DNA of 64,000 bases. Origin: Bacteroidales bacterium (GTDB lineage: Bacteria > Bacteroidota > Bacteroidia > Bacteroidales > VadinHA17). A program made the translations under genes and the position numbers. Below are positions 59,327 through 64,000 of the stretch, one piece after another. The stretch covers positions 40,300-104,299 of the forward strand of contig WOYX01000062.1 of the NCBI GenBank assembly GCA_011620595.1. The letters are read 5' to 3'. Each line of letters opens with the position of its first letter. Within the stretch, counting starts at the first letter, position 1. Under the pieces are notes generated by a model. The model ran no database searches and was not told where the DNA came from. It saw only the letters and a list, made by a program, of their open reading frames with translations.

Positions 59327-60643
59327 ATGCTACAGAGATTTCTTCACTATTCAAACCAGGAGAGACTGTTCAGCAAGAGCAGCAGGATTCTCCTTGCCGT
59401 CAGCGGAGGTATCGATTCGATGGTTATGGCTTACCTGTTCAGGGAGGCCGGCATAGACCATGAGATAGCTCACTGCAACTTCTCGCTCAGAGGCAGGGAA
59501 TCTGACGGCGATGAAAGGTTTGTGGTCAGCTACGGTTCACGGCTCGGAATAAAAGTGCATACCAAGAGGTTTGACACCCTGGGTCATGCTGCCTCGGGAA
59601 AGATCTCGGTACAGATGGCGGCCCGTGAGCTGCGTTACGAATGGTTTGACACCCTGGTCAAACGCGACGGATTTGATGCAGTGGCTGTAGCGCACAACCT
59701 TGACGACAACATTGAGACTTTTATCATCAATCTGCTCCGTGGCACCGGTATCAGCGGGCTTACCGGCATGAGCCCCCGTCACCGGAACGTCATCAGGCCT
59801 CTCCTTTTTGCACCAAGGGATGATATAGAAGCCTGGGCAGCGGAAAAAAGGGTAAGATACAGGGAAGACAGCTCCAATGCCGGTTTGAAGTATGCACGCA
59901 ACATGATCAGGCACATTATCATCCCTGATCTGGAGAAGGTGCGGCCGGGAGCAAGAAACGCCATTACTGCCACAATGAATCATCTCAAATCGAGTTCGGA
60001 GATCGCGGATATCTACATCGAAAAGATCCGGCAGGAGATATTCAGATGCCGGGATGATGGTTATGAGGCCGACATAAGCAGTCTGATGGCCCTCAGCCCG
60101 GCAGCACCTCACATCTATGAGCTGTTCCGTAAATTCAACATCTCCTCCGGGCAGACCGGAGAACTGCTTTCACTGCTACGATCGCCCACGGGCAGATTCA
60201 TGGATACTTCAACCCACCGGCTGCTCATTGACAGGGGCAAGCTCCTTGTAACCGAAAAGAGCGACGGGCCTCCTCCGGAGCAGCTGTTCCAGTCTATTGA
60301 TGAGATGCACATATCAGGCCTCTTCACTGACCTGCGGGTACTGCATCCTTCCGATGAGCCGATACCGCCGGGCAGGCTGACAGCATGCGTTGATCTGGGA
60401 GTGATAACCTTCCCGCTGAAGGTCAGACAGTGGGCAGCCGGTGACAGGTTCAGGCCACTGGGCATGACCCGTATGAAGAAGATCAGTGATTTCCTGATTG
60501 ACCTCAAGGTACCTGCAACAACCAAGGAGAAGGTACTTCTCCTGATGTCGGGTGAGAATGTTGTATGGGTTATGGGTTACCGTATAGATGACAGGTACCG
60601 TATCACCGACAAGACTGAGCGTATACTCTCAATGACCATCTGA
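59327..60643 (+). CDS. tilS: tRNA(Ile)-lysidine synthetase
   Basis: AVSGGIDSM, HCNFSLRG, ARELRY, AHNLDD.IET, IRPLL, C-terminal GDRF.PLG..KK.SDF. Confidence 0.95.
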   Translation: MLQRFLHYSNQERLFSKSSRILLAVSGGIDSMVMAYLFREAGIDHEIAHCNFSLRGRESDGDERFVVSYGSRLGIKVHTKRFDTLGHAASGKISVQMAARELRYEWFDTLVKRDGFDAVAVAHNLDDNIETFIINLLRGTGISGLTGMSPRHRNVIRPLLFAPRDDIEAWAAEKRVRYREDSSNAGLKYARNMIRHIIIPDLEKVRPGARNAITATMNHLKSSSEIADIYIEKIRQEIFRCRDDGYEADISSLMALSPAAPHIYELFRKFNISSGQTGELLSLLRSPTGRFMDTSTHRLLIDRGKLLVTEKSDGPPPEQLFQSIDEMHISGLFTDLRVLHPSDEPIPPGRLTACVDLGVITFPLKVRQWAAGDRFRPLGMTRMKKISDFLIDLKVPATTKEKVLLLMSGENVVWVMGYRIDDRYRITDKTERILSMTI

Positions 60644-60752
60644 ACTGCCCTCTTTTATACCTGCCTCTGTGCAGGGTGGGCATCAGCACTTGCAGAGTGA
60701 GTCCATTACACTTCTGCAGAAGCCTCCTCGACACTGATGTTCTCCTCTCCCG

Positions 60753-61748
60753 TCAGCGTTCACGCTGACCGTTTATTCCCCTGTCAATCAGCAGAAGATC
60801 AGCCAGTCCAATGGCGACTGCAGATTCCAGGATGACAGGTATACGTCTTGCGATACAGGTGTCATGCCTGCCGGTTATCCCGAGCTCGGTCATCTCGCCC
60901 TTTTCGGTATCGAAGGTCTTCTGAGGCACGCCCGTACTGGCGGCAGGTTTTACTGAGACTCTCATAATCAGATCATTGCCATTGGTGATGCCGCCGTTTA
61001 TACCCCCGGCATTGTTCGTCGAGGTTTTTCCCCGGGCATCAATGAACGGATCATTATGGAGAGAACCATAGCTTCCTGCAGAGGCGAATCCCGCCCCGAA
61101 TTCAACACCGTTGACGGCAGGTATCCCGAACGCTATCTGACCAAGGGCTGCCTCTACTGAGAAGAAAGCCGGCTCACCCAGTCCTTTAGGAACATTCTGC
61201 ACAACGCATTCTACCACTCCCCCGACGGTGTCATTTGTCTCTGAGGCCTTCTCTATGGCAGCAGCAATATCGGTATCACCTCCTGCCTCCCTGAGGGTGG
61301 CGGTGATGATAGCCGGAGAGAGGATCTTCCTGGCGAAGTAGCCGGCCACAACCATTCCCCACGTCAGGCGACCTGAGAAATGTCCTCCTCCCCTCATGTC
61401 GCTGAAGCCTCTGTATTTGTATCCGGCGGTAAAATCTGCATGACCGGGCCGCGGTATACTTGTAAACTGCTCGTAATCGCCGGGCTTGATATCCTGGTTG
61501 CGTGTGCAGAATACCAGCGGGCTGCCGGTGGTGAAGTTGTTGTATATACCACTTATGACCTCAGGCTCATCACTCTCCCTGCGAGTTGTCGTTCCGGGGA
61601 GCAGTCCCTTGCGGCGTGACAGGTCAGCCATGAGCTCCTCGCGCCAGTAAGGCAGTCCGGCCGGACAGCCGTCAATGACCACTCCCACGGCAGGTCCGTG
61701 TGACTCGCCAAAAATTGATACTCTGAATATTGTTCCAACTGTGTTCAT
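60753..61748 (-). CDS. aroC: Chorismate synthase
   Basis: FGESHG, RPGHAD, RGGGHFSGR, GGINGGI.NG, GRHD.C. Confidence 0.95.
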   Translation of the reverse strand: MNTVGTIFRVSIFGESHGPAVGVVIDGCPAGLPYWREELMADLSRRKGLLPGTTTRRESDEPEVISGIYNNFTTGSPLVFCTRNQDIKPGDYEQFTSIPRPGHADFTAGYKYRGFSDMRGGGHFSGRLTWGMVVAGYFARKILSPAIITATLREAGGDTDIAAAIEKASETNDTVGGVVECVVQNVPKGLGEPAFFSVEAALGQIAFGIPAVNGVEFGAGFASAGSYGSLHNDPFIDARGKTSTNNAGGINGGITNGNDLIMRVSVKPAASTGVPQKTFDTEKGEMTELGITGRHDTCIARRIPVILESAVAIGLADLLLIDRGINGQRER

Positions 61749-61763
61749 CTTTCCACTGTTTAG

Positions 61764-62810
61764 TCATCTGTTTGCTTTTTTGCCCTCGCGGTAAAAATTA
61801 ACGAAGGCAGATATCTCCTGCAACGGTACTCTTTTTACTACTGCGCGTCCCACTGCCCGAAGCAGTACCATATTGATTGAACCTTCCTCAGCCTTCTTGT
61901 CGTGCGACATCATACCGACGATGTTAGCGGGCAGTTCAAGTTCAGGCAGCATGCCTGTCTTCTCAATTAATGACTCCAGCGTCCTCAGTTCCGAATGAGG
62001 CATATCTCCGGTCCATGCGGAAAGTTCTGCTGCAAGCAGCATCCCCTTTGTCACCGCCACCCCATGGGGAATCCTGTAATAGATCTCCAAAACGTGACCG
62101 AAAGTATGTCCGAAATTCAGTACTCGCCGTGGGCCTTTCTCGAGAGGATCACGTCTCACCACCGAGGCCTTGATCCTCACAGCCCGTCTTATCAGGTCAC
62201 CCAGAATGACAGGGTCACCGTCCAATACCTTCGTCATTGAGGCGGATATGTCAAAGAAGAGATTGCGGTCTCTGATCACCGCATGCTTTATCAACTCCCC
62301 GAGTCCTGACTGAAGCTCCTCCTCAGGCAGGGTTGAGAGCATGCGGTGATCGCACAGCACAAACTCAGGCTGTTTGAAAGTGCCTATGATATTTTTGTAA
62401 TCACCCAGGTTAACAGCGGTCTTGCCTCCCGTGCTGGCATCAACCTGTGATAGCAGACTTGTAGAGACAAATGCGTGTCTCACGCCCCTCATATAGATTG
62501 AGGCTGTCATGCCTGCGAGATCGCATACTACGCCTCCACCGAAGCCGAGAATAAATGATGAGCGGTCTGCTCCTCCCTGCAGCAATCTGCCGCACAGTTC
62601 CTCGGCTTTACCCAGCGTCTTGCTCTGTTCTCCGGGCTCAACAGTAAGCACCACCCCCGGAGGAAAGATCCTGCCGTACAGGCCATGCACATTTGTGTCA
62701 GTAATGATGAAGAGACCTGTTGCCGGTAATAACGGTTCTATATCCTTCATCTCGCCGCCCAGCAGAAGCATCGACCTGCCATGGGGAGTATTGATTTTAA
62801 CGCGGTTCAC
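61764..62810 (-). CDS. aroB: 3-dehydroquinate synthase (probable GTG start at 62810)
   Basis: GEQSK, GGGVVCDLAG, TSLLSQVDASTGGK, KNIIG.F, LNFGHTFGH, HG.AV, DKK. Confidence 0.92.
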   Translation of the reverse strand: MNRVKINTPHGRSMLLLGGEMKDIEPLLPATGLFIITDTNVHGLYGRIFPPGVVLTVEPGEQSKTLGKAEELCGRLLQGGADRSSFILGFGGGVVCDLAGMTASIYMRGVRHAFVSTSLLSQVDASTGGKTAVNLGDYKNIIGTFKQPEFVLCDHRMLSTLPEEELQSGLGELIKHAVIRDRNLFFDISASMTKVLDGDPVILGDLIRRAVRIKASVVRRDPLEKGPRRVLNFGHTFGHVLEIYYRIPHGVAVTKGMLLAAELSAWTGDMPHSELRTLESLIEKTGMLPELELPANIVGMMSHDKKAEEGSINMVLLRAVGRAVVKRVPLQEISAFVNFYREGKKANR

Positions 62811-62914
62811 GGTGCCTAAAAATAACAAACGAATTATTTGTTTACCATGATTTAATTCACATCGTCACACAATTATGGAAAAAAAAGTAAAAAAATATTA
62901 CTTTCAACCCTGAA

Positions 62915-63577
62915 ATGAACAAACCGGTGAAGATTGGTGACAGGTACAGGAGCGTCCTGGGATGGTTTGCCGTGAATATGCCTGTGGCAGGGACGGAGCT
63001 CCGCTACAGCGATCCCTTCCAGTTCCTTGTTGCTGTAATATTGTCAGCCCAGTGCACTGACGTGAGGGTTAACCTTATCACACCTGCGCTGTTCGACAGG
63101 TTTCCTGATGCCCGGGCGATGGCCGGGGCCTCGCAGGAGGAGATTTTCGGGCTGATAAAAAGCTGTTCTTATCCCAACAACAAGGCCAGGCATCTCAAGG
63201 GTATGGCTGAGATGATCGTCAGCCGATTCGGGGGCAGGGTACCCTCGGAGAGGGATGAGCTGACGCAGCTTCCCGGTGTGGGGAGGAAGACTGCCAATGT
63301 CATTGCATCGGTGGTATGGAACAGTCCTGTCATTGCAGTTGACACCCATGTCTTCAGGGTTGCCGGTCGCCTCGGCCTTATCCCCGGAGCCAGGAACCCG
63401 CTTGAGGCGGAGTTGAAGCTGACCAGGAATATCCCTGCCGCACAGAGGCCGCTGGCACACCACTGGCTGCTGCTTCACGGAAGATATGTCTGTACTGCAC
63501 GTAAACCTGCATGCAGCAGATGCGGCCTGAGGGAGTGGTGCGAATACTACCGGAAGAATGCTGCCACAAACGCATAA
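62915..63577 (+). CDS. nth: Endonuclease III
   Basis: LVAVILSAQCTD..VN, LPGVGRKTANV HhH, VDTHVFRV, C-x6-C-x2-C-x5-C 4Fe-4S motif. Confidence 0.96.
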   Translation: MNKPVKIGDRYRSVLGWFAVNMPVAGTELRYSDPFQFLVAVILSAQCTDVRVNLITPALFDRFPDARAMAGASQEEIFGLIKSCSYPNNKARHLKGMAEMIVSRFGGRVPSERDELTQLPGVGRKTANVIASVVWNSPVIAVDTHVFRVAGRLGLIPGARNPLEAELKLTRNIPAAQRPLAHHWLLLHGRYVCTARKPACSRCGLREWCEYYRKNAATNA

Positions 63578-63647
63578 AAAGTGAGGCATGATAATATTTG
63601 GCAGATAGAACCCGTTAATTTTACCGGGATCAAACCGCCGCCCGAGA

Positions 63648-64000
63648 ATGCCAATGCCTGATACAGTTACCCAGATGGAAAAACGCAAGGAGAAAAGCAG
63701 AAACAGTGATTCACCGTCAGGCATTCCTGCTTCGCTCAACCTTCCCGCCGATATTCCCATACTGGCATTCAACTCTACCAACCAGCTCATAACCCTGAGC
63801 AATCTCGAGACACAGCAGTATATAGAGGTAAACCAGGCGTTTCTTGAGACAACAGGTTACAGCAGGGAAGAAATAATAGGAAAGACCTCCGACGACATTC
63901 AGCTGTATGTGGACCTGGTGCAGAACCGTAGGAACATGAGGCTGCTGTCGCGTTTGAAGAGGGTGAGCGACATGGAGATCCGGCTGCGGATGCGCTCGGG
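63648..64000 (+). CDS. PAS-domain sensor protein, N-terminal part (runs off the window; start 63648, 63654 or 63675)
   Basis: Manual translation ...FNSTNQLITLSNLETQQYIEVNQAFLETTGYSREEIIGKTS..., the VN.AF...TGY..EE.IG PAS signature. Confidence 0.8.
   Translation, partial: MPMPDTVTQMEKRKEKSRNSDSPSGIPASLNLPADIPILAFNSTNQLITLSNLETQQYIEVNQAFLETTGYSREEIIGKTSDDIQLYVDLVQNRRNMRLLSRLKRVSDMEIRLRMRS

Noticed and set aside
28875-63600. Recurring CATGAT/ATCATG motif in several intergenic regions as a shared operator
   Set aside because: Too short and variable to separate from chance in AT-rich spacers without a statistical scan
63044-63802. 252-aa minus-strand ORF and the many other antisense ORFs in the track
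   Set aside because: Shadow frames of well-supported genes on the opposite strand

Overview
Core-chromosome segment of an anaerobic Bacteroidota (Bacteroidales-like) bacterium. The assignment rests on TAnnTTTG promoters, a T9SS type-B CTD protein, tsaD/tamB and fur-purA synteny and an archaeal-type ProS. Housekeeping genes include tsaD, tamB, exbBD-tonB, glyA, relA/spoT, fur, purA, pepD, proS, tilS, aroB, aroC and nth. I saw no rRNA, tRNA, CRISPR array, transposase or prophage. The best candidate for a new system is at 45.6-51.8 kb. There, a complete nickel-pincer nucleotide (NPN) cofactor operon (larC-larE-larB) has no larA in the window. It is transcribed divergently from a Tat-exported DUF362 protein with a LarA-like H-x9-K...H motif and a membrane polyferredoxin with an internal twin-arginine motif. 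This suggests a periplasmic NPN-dependent redox module (inference). The second candidate is at 34.7-45.4 kb. A methylmalonyl-CoA epimerase/Na+-pumping decarboxylase operon continues into a CitD-CitE fusion, CitF and an unannotated rubredoxin, without citC/G/X. Nearby are a homoisocitrate-dehydrogenase-like enzyme and an HD protein whose HD doublet reads AD. Smaller observations: a ~62-bp hairpin element found twice about 30 bp upstream of start codons, four deletion-truncated gene relics missed by the ORF track, two tandem duplications at gene 3' ends, and candidate Fur-type and sigma54 sites. All family calls come from motif recognition; no database search was run.
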